This document shows, in pieces, positions 21,972 to 32,588 of a stretch of 40,768 bases of DNA. The stretch covers positions 1 to 40,768 of the forward strand of contig NW_027191520.1 of NCBI RefSeq assembly GCF_011745625.1. Reading direction: 5' to 3'. Below the pieces are notes generated by a model. That model saw only the letters and a program-made list of their open reading frames with translations, did not search any database and was not told where the DNA came from. Numbering within the stretch: position 1 is the first letter of the stretch; each line of letters starts with the position of its first letter. The position numbers and the translations under genes are program-made. The stretch is from Cladosporium halotolerans. Taxonomy: Eukaryota.

Positions 21972-24900
21972 ATGGACGAAAAGGATGTCTGGGGCACGCC
22001 CGAGTGGAGGCCACTGTCGAGTCTGGGATCCGGAGGCCCATACTCGGCGTCGAATTCACGTCGTGGCAGCCTCGATGCCGGCTTCTCCCCTGGTTCCGCC
22101 CATCATGATGGAGTGGCCTGGGAAACTAATACATGCGACATGTTGATCGAGTCTCTTGAGACCGAAGGACCCCTCCAGGCTGCGCTTCAAAGGACTAAGG
22201 ATGTTTTTCAACGACACGCAAAATGGTTCACGCAAGCAGGGCTCGCGAAACTTCTGCAAACTGCTCTTTTACGTACTGCAAACTCCAGGGCTACTGTTGA
22301 TCTATATGCTGCGCTGGAGTTCACCGATTCGATTGGCACATTTGCCGTCATGCCACCGGAGAGCATTTTCCCCGCCGTTCGCTTCATCGCATACACATAC
22401 TACCAAGGCACGCGAATGAACAAGCACAAAAGTTTGGCCGACAAGGCTTGGACCGTCTGTCAGCATATGCTTCAGAGCCACCTCAACCAGCAAGTGATCG
22501 GCGCTATTCTGGACATATTACGCTTTGCTCAACAGTACCAGAGCAAAGCTGAGTTTGCTGCTGCATCGGGTGCACTAAGATTGATAGAGGAGAAGTTACC
22601 ACTGGGCGATCGCACCGAATCTCGACCTCCGTTCGTGCCGGTCTTCCAGCTTTTGCCCTGTCTAGGCACAGTCGCACAAGGTAGCGATGAGATTCTGAAA
22701 GAACAAGTCTTCAATATTCTGAGCAGAATCTTCAACGAAGAGTTGGCAGTGTCAGAAGTACGGCTCACCTCCAGCTGGAATGTGTGCATTGATGTGCTTG
22801 AGATTTGCTACAGCTCTGCGCAGGATGAAGACACACGGGCAATCCTGGAACACGTTGCAAAGCATTCAGCACATTTTGAAAGGAGCGTCCTCGAGAAGGT
22901 TGCTTTTGTCTTCATCAAAGCCGGCCAGCCGCTTACCGAACCTATGCTTGAAGCCTTGCTCAGCGCCCCTTTTGCATCTTCGCCTGCAGAAGCGCCTCCG
23001 CTCATCCAGCATGAAGAGCTATTCGAGCTACTTTGTCGTACTCAGGAACCTGAGCACCACAAGGCCCTTCAGAGATTGCTTGCATTGCATTTGGGATCGA
23101 TTATATACACGGAAGGTGACTTGGCTTGGGAGAGTCTGGTCGACATGTGTTCGGCTCAAGCTCTTCGCGACACATGTACCACACAAGCTGCGATCTTGTG
23201 CACCGCGGCAGTCGGAACCATATTTCATCGCGCTTTTGCGTATCCTCAAAAATCAGACCGGTTGACCAGGACCATCAAGAAGCTTATAGAAGTCACCACA
23301 GACATCGCAACTTCTGCCTTCACCGCGGAGGCGCGAATGGTCGCTCTGAGGGTGCTCTCGCGTTTGCGTGCTGCCGTGGACGGCGCGGTTCATCTAGCTG
23401 GAGATGATGGATTGGACAACGTTCCATCAGCCGCAACAATACCCAATGAACAAAAAGCTGTAGACTTGCCCTTGGACAAATGGATGGACCAGCTCATCGC
23501 TTTAATCGATGGTCATGCCACGAGCCAGGATCAGCATTGCCTTAACTTTGTGCTGGCCACTCTACCGGAGCAGCTCAGCAACCTATCCCTCTTCTACAGG
23601 CGACCGCAGTATCCTAAGCAGCTATATCAAATCGCATGTGCAAGGCTCAGCTCTGGAGGTGGCCCACACGCTGCTTCGTTTGTACATTTGCTCACCACAC
23701 TCATCAGCTATCGCAGCTTGCTCTCGTCGCAAGAAGAGCGACAAATGGTTGCCGTGTTCATAAACACAGCTGGTTCTTCTGAGTTAGTGAGCAAGGCTTG
23801 CATTCACGCGCTGACTGTATGCTGTTACGAAATATCAGCTGCAGCGATGCGCCATCTCGAGGACATTGTACAGAAAATGCATAGGATGGTCACCCAGCGG
23901 CATTTGGCGATTCACGTTCTGGAGTTCCTAACCGGTCTGTCTCGTTTGCCATATCTGTACAACAATTTCCGGTTCGACGACTTCAAAAGGATCTTCGGCG
24001 TATGCTTCAGTTATCTGGATTACCTGAGAAGCAGCGAAGCCGACTCGGCTGTAGCAATATCGGATCAGGGCAGCAGCAGCGATCGCAACTTGCAGCATTC
24101 GCCACAGTACGTGCATGCACTAGCATATCATGTCATCGTCTTTTGGTATTACGCCGTCCGCTCAAGTGATAGGCCAGCCATCAAGGAGTACGTCACTGGT
24201 CGGCTGAAGGAACCGACCAAAGATGGCCACGAGATGTGGTCAGACCAGGCTCTTGTAACAATAGATCTCATGGACAGCGTGGATGCAGAAGCAGGACTTG
24301 GCGATTTGCCAGAGAGCAGGTTTCAAGACGAGCCTTTCGACGAGAAGCTGGATGGTCGCCTCACGGTGAGGCATCGGCTTTTCGGTCTGCTACTCATCTC
24401 AACAACCACTGCACTACGGAATGGTAGAACACTGGTCACTGTTAGAAGACCATCGGGTACTTTCAAATCCCACATCCGCGGCGGCGCTTCGTCAGTGGCA
24501 CGTACGCCTCCTACAGCAGAGCCGACATTACATATCGAAGAGGAGTGGGGCAGAGCTGCGGACACCGCAGCAAGAGTGGGCGATAAGGTCCCAGTATTTT
24601 ACGACGACCCCGAAGGTCGACTTTACGGAACGATTACCGTCCCTAGTCCTAGATCACCACTCGGTGCGGCAGGCCTTATTGAACTTCCAGACGCGGAGAG
24701 TGTGCAGTCTGCCATCCGGATGTTCGACAGGACACCAGGTCTTGACTCACACAAAGCCGGAGTTATTTACATCGGCGAAGGCCAAGCCACTGAGACTGCG
24801 GCTTTCGCCAACTCAAGTGGCTCGCCCGACTACAGAGAACTTGTAGAGCATCTTGGCCAACTACGAAGGCTGAAAGGCGCGAACTTCAACACCCAAGGCC

Positions 24901-25538
24901 TCGACACTCGCGACGATATGGACGGCGAATTCGCGATCGTGTGGAATAACGAAGTGACCGAGCTAGTATACCACGTCACGACCATGATGCCGACATCAGC
25001 CTACGACGACGAAATGTCCGTGATGGCCAAGAAAAAGCGACACACGGGCAACGACTACGTGAACATCGTCTTCAACAACTCCGGCGAGCCCTTCCGCTTC
25101 GACATGTTCCCGTCCGCCTTCAACTACGTCTACATCGTCATCACGCCATCCGTGCGCACGACTTTCCTGCAAACGCGCACGCACACGATGCAGACGCCGG
25201 TCGAAGACCGCTTCTACCGCGTCGAAGTCATGACCCGTGACGACTTCCCCGGGATCTCGTCCGCGCACGAGCCGAAAGTGATCTCGGGCGCGTCGCTGCC
25301 GCGCTATGTGCGCAACCTGGCGCTCAATGCGTGTATCTTCGCCGAGGTCTGGGTCAACAAGGACGTGCAGGACTACAGGTCAAGCTGGCGCGAGCGGCTG
25401 TCGCAGATTCGGCGGTTGAGGGATCGGTTTGGGCAGAAAGAGGTGAAAGCTACACCTGACCATAACGGCAAAGGGAAAGAAAAAGAAAAAGAGCGCGCGA
25501 AGAGCGTGCTGGCGTCTTGGATTGGGGGTGGGAAATGA
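21972..25538 (+). CDS. TSC2: Tuberin (Tsc2), Rheb GTPase-activating protein, ~1188 aa, apparently intronless
   Basis: Tuberin domain (CIHALTVCCYE, LAIHVLEFLTGLSRLPYLYNNF, LAYHVIVFWY, TVRRPSG) and Rap-GAP domain (DSHKAGVIYIGEGQ, YHVTTMMP, KKRHTGNDYVNIVFN with the catalytic Asn, WRERL). Confidence 0.93.
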   Translation: MDEKDVWGTPEWRPLSSLGSGGPYSASNSRRGSLDAGFSPGSAHHDGVAWETNTCDMLIESLETEGPLQAALQRTKDVFQRHAKWFTQAGLAKLLQTALLRTANSRATVDLYAALEFTDSIGTFAVMPPESIFPAVRFIAYTYYQGTRMNKHKSLADKAWTVCQHMLQSHLNQQVIGAILDILRFAQQYQSKAEFAAASGALRLIEEKLPLGDRTESRPPFVPVFQLLPCLGTVAQGSDEILKEQVFNILSRIFNEELAVSEVRLTSSWNVCIDVLEICYSSAQDEDTRAILEHVAKHSAHFERSVLEKVAFVFIKAGQPLTEPMLEALLSAPFASSPAEAPPLIQHEELFELLCRTQEPEHHKALQRLLALHLGSIIYTEGDLAWESLVDMCSAQALRDTCTTQAAILCTAAVGTIFHRAFAYPQKSDRLTRTIKKLIEVTTDIATSAFTAEARMVALRVLSRLRAAVDGAVHLAGDDGLDNVPSAATIPNEQKAVDLPLDKWMDQLIALIDGHATSQDQHCLNFVLATLPEQLSNLSLFYRRPQYPKQLYQIACARLSSGGGPHAASFVHLLTTLISYRSLLSSQEERQMVAVFINTAGSSELVSKACIHALTVCCYEISAAAMRHLEDIVQKMHRMVTQRHLAIHVLEFLTGLSRLPYLYNNFRFDDFKRIFGVCFSYLDYLRSSEADSAVAISDQGSSSDRNLQHSPQYVHALAYHVIVFWYYAVRSSDRPAIKEYVTGRLKEPTKDGHEMWSDQALVTIDLMDSVDAEAGLGDLPESRFQDEPFDEKLDGRLTVRHRLFGLLLISTTTALRNGRTLVTVRRPSGTFKSHIRGGASSVARTPPTAEPTLHIEEEWGRAADTAARVGDKVPVFYDDPEGRLYGTITVPSPRSPLGAAGLIELPDAESVQSAIRMFDRTPGLDSHKAGVIYIGEGQATETAAFANSSGSPDYRELVEHLGQLRRLKGANFNTQGLDTRDDMDGEFAIVWNNEVTELVYHVTTMMPTSAYDDEMSVMAKKKRHTGNDYVNIVFNNSGEPFRFDMFPSAFNYVYIVITPSVRTTFLQTRTHTMQTPVEDRFYRVEVMTRDDFPGISSAHEPKVISGASLPRYVRNLALNACIFAEVWVNKDVQDYRSSWRERLSQIRRLRDRFGQKEVKATPDHNGKGKEKEKERAKSVLASWIGGGK

Positions 25539-26117
25539 TTTACGATACCCGGGATGAAAACGGACGACTACAAAGTGCCGAAAAGTTTTTGATTTTTGAT
25601 TCTGGGTGTTCTGGTTCTGGAATGGTTGGTTTCTTGCAGGGCTGTCTGTACCCTTATGCTTGTGTCTATCAAAAGTTTTGGTTTACTCTGTCTACACTCT
25701 TCGACTTCCCGTTCGTTTCCTCGTTGTTCTCTTCAGCGTAACAGTCCCTGCCTTCGCTCCCATCAGAGGGTATATCATGCCGGGCTTTCTAAAAAGCAGT
25801 CTCGTAAGGCTGACGCCGACACTGTCCGCGGCGAGGATCTGACGACCCTTCAACCTCGATGTCTTATGCTCTAATTCTCTCATTGTCTGCCGGACGGAAG
25901 GCCTGGGCTCTGTGGGCAGTCTCCGGGCGCCATAGGTTTCCGATACCTGAACTGAGACGTCCTGTGGCAGAGGCTGGCCAACAGACGCTCATGTCCTTCA
26001 GCATATCATCAGTGGAGCAGCCATTTCGCCCGACACCTTCGACCTTCCGAAAGCATCCAAGACCAAGGCAAGCTCGTCCTTGCTATAACAGGATCAACTC
26101 CCGCACCTCAACACACC

Positions 26118-27122
26118 TCAAAACACCTCCGCACCAACCCTACTCCCAAACCAATTCCCAAGCTCATCGCCCTCCTCCTCCTTTCCACCCATCATAAACC
26201 CTGTCAACCGCATATTCCCAGCCTCACCCTCCCCAACGTCAGGCCACTCAGCCTTCGGCCCGCCACCCTTAACCTCTAGCATCTCTTTCGCTGTCCCCCA
26301 ACTAAACCGGCACTCGCTTCCCCACCCGAACAAAGGGTCCATATTCGCCCGCATCCACGCCGTGCACCGCGCATCAGACGGGTACCCAGAGCCCCACGCG
26401 ACCTCCCCACCGCTCTCGTCGTATGACTCCCAAAGCACGTCCAGGGCCGCATCGCGCGTCACCTTCGCGCACACCGACGCCGCCGACACGCACGGGTACA
26501 AGCTGTCGGCCTTCTTGGCCACTGTTATCCGCAAGTTCGGGAAGATCTTCTCGAGCCGCTTCTGGTAGGCATCCGGCGGGCCGATCGTATCAATATACAC
26601 CTCCTCCACGTTAACCCCTTGCTCCAGCACGCCACGGATCAAGTCGACCGTCGCATCCATGGCCTGCGCGTTAAGGTTGTACGGCGCGGTAGGCCGGAGC
26701 TGCGCAGCAGAAATGTCCCTCGCGCTCATGACGCGGGTGGCCCAGCCGCAGTTCTCGAACAGGTCCGTTTCCGGCGTGCAGATTTTCTCCATGAGCTCTG
26801 AGCGCACGGCGGGCGTCAGGACCTTGCTGTCGTCGAAGTGGTGCGTTTCAGCGAGCAGGGAGCGGTGGAGGGCGAGCGGGAGGTAGAGGAGGGCGTAGAC
26901 CATGGGACCGAGGACGGGGCCGCGGCCTGCTTCGTCAACGCCGAGGACGCAGGGTGTGGAGAGGTCGGCGCGGACATTGGAAGGAATGGGAGAGTGGTGG
27001 GTGTAGCTTGCGCCGGAGAGGACGAGGGGTTTCGTTATGGAGGGAGCGAGGAAGATGGTGTTTGGAGGGGTTTCATTTTCGAGTGCTTGGGAGTCGGGGG
27101 CATCTTCTAGAGTGTCACCCAT
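26118..27122 (-). CDS. RNH201: Ribonuclease H2 catalytic subunit A, 334 aa
   Basis: LGVDEAGRGPVLGPMVY, FDDSK, VYIDTIG, KKADSLYPCVSAASVCAKVTRD, GSGYPSD. Confidence 0.96.
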   Translation of the reverse strand: MGDTLEDAPDSQALENETPPNTIFLAPSITKPLVLSGASYTHHSPIPSNVRADLSTPCVLGVDEAGRGPVLGPMVYALLYLPLALHRSLLAETHHFDDSKVLTPAVRSELMEKICTPETDLFENCGWATRVMSARDISAAQLRPTAPYNLNAQAMDATVDLIRGVLEQGVNVEEVYIDTIGPPDAYQKRLEKIFPNLRITVAKKADSLYPCVSAASVCAKVTRDAALDVLWESYDESGGEVAWGSGYPSDARCTAWMRANMDPLFGWGSECRFSWGTAKEMLEVKGGGPKAEWPDVGEGEAGNMRLTGFMMGGKEEEGDELGNWFGSRVGAEVF

Positions 27123-27228
27123 GTTCGGCAGACGTTGAAGTGTTGGTTGATGGTGTATGTGGGGTTGTCAAGGCAGGCAGTAGGATACGAGAGCTTCCTG
27201 TGATATAATAAGTGAGGCAACTGTAGAT

Positions 27229-27302
27229 TGACGTCGCGCGCGGGAAGACGCGTCGAGCGCGACTTGCTACCAGTGACCGCGTCGTGGGGTAATCACGTGA
27301 TT
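27229..27302. promoter_or_regulatory. RNH201/TF divergent promoter with MCB element(s) and a palindromic E-box
   Basis: ACGCGT at 27248-27253 plus several CGCG cores, and the perfect 12-bp palindrome AATCACGTGATT at 27291-27302. MCB sites are typical of G1/S DNA-metabolism genes. Confidence 0.5.
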
Positions 27303-27609
27303 TTGGGTCAGGTTGATCGTCCTCCTCTACTCAATTCTTGGTCACTTCCTTCACGGGACCCCCTCCGCCTCGCGTCTATGCAAGGTTTGGTGGCCTGTCT
27401 AGCGCGCCACGAAGCTTTGAGGCTCGAGAGACCGTCACGTGATGCGACCGCCGCTCGGTACCTCTTGTGAGGCAGACGTGCCTCGTGCGCGGCGGCAGCC
27501 GTCCCATCCATCCAGTCCAGCGACTCCACTTGGTCACGAGGGTTGCCGCCAGCAGGCCTGAATTGGCCTTGCAAGGTGAGAGACAGCCGTATCTCACTCG
27601 CCAACTCCA

Positions 27610-30011
27610 ATGGCCACCCGCATACCTCAGAACAACGTTTGGTCACCCGCCAATTCCGAGCCGAGCAGACGCGTTCGTGGCCATATCACACATACAGCCT
27701 GTGAGCGGTGCCGTAAACGCAGGATCAAGGTACTTCCCAGTCCAAGTCTATATCAGCGGATGACGTGAGTAATGCGGTCTTCTGCCAGTGCGACGGCCAG
27801 CGTCCGTGTGTGTGGTGCCGTGAGCTTCCTGAAGTCTGCAACTATGAAACCAGGCCCGGCGAAACCAGAGACCAGGCCAAGAAGAGGAAGTACGACGATC
27901 TTGAACGCGCCCACGACAGCCTGCTCAAGCTCGTAGACCTTGCCTCCTTCAGGCTTGACGCTCCGGAGATCCTTGGTCAGGTGAAACAAGGCCGGGATGT
28001 CGACGAACTCCTGGGCTTTCTCCAGCATGGCGACGTTCAGTATGAAAGCAATCTTGGAGCAGGCTCTCGAGTGAGGCATCTCATCCTGTGTCTGTTCGTC
28101 CAAAGCACCGCCTCGCTTGATGAAATCGTCGCACTAGCTCCGAGGCTGATCGATGAGAGCCCCGGTAATGACTTCCTCGACAGCCGCGAGGTCCTCGGAC
28201 TGAAGAATCGGACGATCGACGGGCAGCTCCTCGCAAAAACTATCCAAGAATATGGGGCTCACAGCTCAACGCGTGCTAAGCCGGAGCCGGATACTGGTCA
28301 GCCGCCTGTCATCGCCCGTTGTGATATCAATGTTCCTGCCTGGCCCTGGACAAGATTAGACGCAGACGACGGCTTGGTCTCGCACCTGGTCTCAATCTTC
28401 CTCAATTACAACAATGTGTACTGGCGAATTGTGGAGGAAGATCTCTTTCTCACGGACATGCAAGCTGGCAGCATCGTTGCCGAATATTGCTCTCCTTTTC
28501 TGGTCAATGCTATTTGTGCACTGGCTTGCGTAAGCATTTGTCACTCCAGGCCGCTGCATCAGCTGCTAACAGTTGAACGAACAGATGAGCTCAGAACACC
28601 AAGCAGTCTACGTGCGTCAAGATGATTTTATTACTCGAGGTCAGCACTTCTACGATGAAGCGCTGCGGTTATGGCTGCTGGAAGAAGGCAGATCGTCCCT
28701 GGCCAACCTGCAAGCGCTGGTTCTCATGGCGATGCTGTAAGTTCACGAGCTGTTTGATGCATTACACAAGCTGCTGATGCGTCAATAGAGCTGGCCTTAA
28801 AGGCAAGGATAAGCTGGGAACTGGATTGCTCGCAATTGCTTTGGAGATGAACAAAGGCCTACCTTTTCCTAGCTCTTCGTCCGAAACAATGCAGATGTCC
28901 AACGAGATGAGAGCGCGAACATGCGCAGCCTGGGCCACTCATTTACTCGATGTGTACGTGAGACGTCCGGATGCCCATACTACTGCCCTCATGCATTACT
29001 GACGAGACAGTTCTGGCTCCCTTGGGTTTCTCAAACCTTCAGCGCCAATCCATCCAAGACTTCAGTTCTCACCAAACCTGCCAGAGATCTATCGCGTCTG
29101 GACCGGTGAGCCTTTTCTCAATGTCAGGACAAGATTCCGGCCCAACGCTTTGATGCGTGAGCGGTGCCAGCTAGTCAGACTGATCGCCGAGATGGTTCAT
29201 TTGTTTTTCGCCGTCCCGAGCCTCAGATCAATGGACAAGATCAGGGACGAAGGCTTTGTGTTGATGACGAGATTGCAGCAATGGTACGACTTGCTACCGT
29301 CTGATCTCGAATTTTCTGAACATCTTGCAGCGCCGTTGTACGAGTTACAGTGAGTAATATCCGCATGGAGCTTCTCATGTATCAACTATGTTGCTAACCC
29401 ACTATCACAGCACACACTTCCACTCTGCCATGATTGCTCTACAGCTGGCGTTAGAAAAGACAAGGACCGTGGACCCTCCACCCAATTCTTTCCCTCAACT
29501 TCAGAAGCCGCCTCAGCCAACCATCAACATCTTGGAAGCCACATTGGCTGCGGTGCGGCTCCTCGGCCACTATCGCCAGCGATACGGCTTCAAGTCGTCA
29601 GTTCCCTTCAACTTCCAGTTGGCGGCTGTTGCATCCTCCGTACTTCTCGGCCACCTCAACCCGCCCGTCGAAACTGAGAGCGGCCTTCGAGACGCCACTT
29701 ATAGTGCCCGTGCAGCCTTCGGTGAAAGTTACCGCTGCCTGCTGGCGATGGGCACACGCATGATGATTGCGCGCGGCTTCGCACGCATGATCTACCATAC
29801 CGCGAAAAAGAACAAACTGCAGCTCCCGCGCAATGTGCAGCGCATGCTCGACGTCGTCGCGCAAGTCGTCTGGGAGGCGCGGGACGTGGAGCAGATTAGT
29901 TCGAATCTCCCCATGGTAGCCTCGACGGGCACGTTCGATGTTAGAGAGGAATTGCGAATGGAGGCGCTGTTGAGGAAGTTCGAGAGTGTGGAGCTTAAGG
30001 CCAGGGGATAG
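27610..30011 (+). CDS. Zn(II)2Cys6 transcription factor (NirA-like architecture), ~705 aa; exons 27610-27729, 27789-28529, 28585-28736, 28789-28953, 29011-29349, 29411-30011
   Basis: Spliced cluster ACERCRKRRIK|CDGQRPCVWCRELPEVCNY. Middle homology region PWT...VSHLVSIF...FLTDM...YCSPFLVNAICALAC...GQHFYDEALRLW. All five introns are GT-AG and in frame. Confidence 0.9.
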
Positions 30012-30208
30012 GACTCCACGACTATGGCCATGGCCCATGTTCGTGCTGCGTCATTTACCTAGCATCAGCGCGCATTTGTTCAAAATTGACACCTCTCAGC
30101 GTAGCTGTACTGTCAAATCATAAGCGAAGGTTCCAGTACCGATCCTCCAGATCGATAACCTTTTTAGTAAACACCTGATTGACACGCAGTTTGGACGTGC
30201 GGGCGTTA

Positions 30209-30225
30209 CCCCAACCCTAACCCTA
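30209..30225. repeat. Interstitial telomere-like repeat CCCCAACCCTAACCCTA
   Basis: Read directly; the first 16 bp are identical to 14165-14180. Confidence 0.7.
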
Positions 30226-30869
30226 TTATCCCCAATGACGATCAGCAGATCGTGGGTAGCGAGGCAATTGATAGTCCCCAGTCATCGAGATGGCTTTTCG
30301 CTTCAATCGAACAATGTTAGTGTAAAGTTTTTGGTAAGTGAGGTCACCAATGCGCAGGAATGTGGAATGCCGCCCGCAAATCTCGTGTCGTCAAACGTTC
30401 TAATCACCCGGACAACAGAGTTGCACCTCACGCCTGATATCGCACGCTAACAGCATGAGCATAGTCACAAGGGAGTACTGCACGACGAGACACCTTACTG
30501 TAATCATGCGAGAGCTGCATGCCACGACCGACGGGATGATCGTGTTCTCGAGGGCACGTTAATGCGCCAATAACAGAGACGCGGTCTGATCAGGTCTGGA
30601 AATAGAAAGCTGTAACGAGAGCAGAAGAAGCATACGAATCGAAGGGCTCAAAGCCGATCGGCGCAGGACCACCCAGTCCAATACGCCCGGCATAAATCGC
30701 TTTGTTGAATGCTACCTAATGCTCGACAGAACGGGAGACCCCCAAGAAAATATGCGCCCGTGGTAATGTTACAACCCGCTGCAAGATTCACCAAAAAGTC
30801 CTGTACTCGTGTTTGAACATCCCTTTCGTCGTCGTGCTCGAGTGAACAGCGTGCTCTGCCACCGGCGAC

Positions 30870-32235
30870 CTAAGACCGGGCGGGAGCATTGCCGTCGCCG
30901 CGAGGGCCACGGCCGCGTCCGCCGCGGTTGCGGCCTTCGTTTCCGTCACCGCGGTTGCCTCTGAAGGGCCCGCCGCGACCGCGTCCACCACCGCGACCGC
31001 CACGGCCGCCGCGCTCGCCCTCGCCGCGGCCACGGTTGCCGCCACGTCCACCTCTAGTCCTGCCGGGAACTTCGTGGAAGCCGTCGTCGGCTGTGCCGTT
31101 GGTGGGCGCTGAGGTGTCCGCTGCGGCTTCACCGGGTGCCTTCGTGTCCCAAGCCTCTCCTGCGGTGTTCCCAGCGGCGGGCTCGTCGGCCCAGCTGGTG
31201 GTCTGCTGCTGCTGGGATGCCTCGATGGGCGCAGCGGCGGGGGTGTCCACCTCGTCATTCGGCCTGGGCACGATTTCGTAGCTCTCCTCCATCGCATCCT
31301 TCTCGGCACCAGTAGCTGTGTCCCAACGTTCACCGGCGACGTTGCCTTCAGCCTGGACGGTAGATGTGCTCTGCTCGGTCGCGGGGATACCGTTGGTCTG
31401 AGGCTGCTGGAGCTCGGTAAGCCCGGCGTGGGTAGTGGTAGGGTCAGAGCCGGCGGCGACAGCCTCGACGGTAGGTTCGGGCTCTTCGGTAGGGAAAGGG
31501 GCGTGCTCGACGGAAGCCTGCTTGACTTGGGAGACTGCATGACATGTTAGCAAAGGAGTTCAACTCAGCAGCGTGGCGCAGCCTGATCCATGGGATCTCC
31601 AGACTGCAAGGGGACTCACATTTGACAGGGAGGAGAGTGCCTTCTATGCTCGTCACCTGCTCGTCGGTACCCTCAATCAAGCTCAAAGCAGTGTCCACCG
31701 CCTTCTGGTCACCACCGTACACAAGCAGCAGCGTGCCCTCGAAGGCCCTGTTCTCATCCGTCTCCGAGTCCTCTTCCGCATTCCTCTTAGCAGCAGCTGC
31801 GCGCAAGAACTGCGAAAAAACCAACAGCTTCTTCTTCAGCTCAGCCTCACCGTTAGCAAGCGCCTCAGCCTGAGCCTCCTGCTTGATCTTCTCCACCTCT
31901 GCGCTGTGAACCGAGGTGAGGTCCTGCTTCTGCTTCTGCAGCTGTGTCTGGTACTCTGCGTCGAACTTCTTGTACTGCTGCACCTGCTCCTCGAGAGCAG
32001 TGAGTTGGGCTTGCAGCTGGGGCTTCTTGAGAGCGGATGCCTTCTGGTCATGGTTGATCTTACGCTGGGAGACAAGCTCGTCAAGAGAGACGTTAGGGTT
32101 CTCCTTGATCACAGCGTCGGTCTTGTGCATCGCAGAGAGCTTCTTGTTGATTGCGCGCATGTTCTTGACCAAAGAGGTGATGTAGGGGTTCTCGGAGCCG
32201 CCCTCGACGGACTCAGTGACTGGAGTGGAGGCCAT
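30870..32235 (-). CDS. Caprin/YAG7-like RNA-binding protein (coiled-coil N-terminus, acidic linker, RGG tail), ~426 aa; exons 32235-31620, 31534-30870
   Basis: NPYITSLVKNMRAINKKL...RKINHDQKASALKKPQL, SQFLRAAAAKR, AFEGTLLLVYGGD, SWADEP, DDGFHEV and a long RGG array. Intron 31619-31535 (GTGAGT...GCTAAC...CAG) joins the two ORFs in frame. Confidence 0.8.
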
Positions 32236-32588
32236 TGTGAGTAGGCAATGGATGTGATGAAAGCTGCGTAGAGAAGCTGAAAGAAGAGAAAGTTGCGAGA
32301 TGTGTGCGTAGGTCGTTTGACTAGGGTCGAGAGTGTTTGTTCACAGCTTGGGCACTGCGCATGAGCTGGCTTCGAGAAACGTCCGTCCGTGTGTCGCGCG
32401 ACTGCCAATTAAGCTTTGGCGCTAGTGGCCGATAAGCTCTTATCGCATACCATACCAAAGGTCGCGCGGAGGAGTTAGAACAGACCGAGGTGGACTTTCT
32501 TTGACGTCTTATTACCTTACACCTACACTTTCTACCACCACCTCGCTGAAAGTGTCGCCACCTCGTCATTTGGTGAGGTGTCTTTATA

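Noticed and set aside
30534..30592. Possible box C/D snoRNA (ATGATC...CTGA)
   Set aside because: The C box deviates from RTGATGA, the span is short, and I recognised no rRNA-antisense guide.
30788..31540. 250-aa alternative-frame ORF overlapping the Caprin-like exon 2
   Set aside because: The splice phase selects the RGG-encoding frame; this ORF is a GC-rich by-product.
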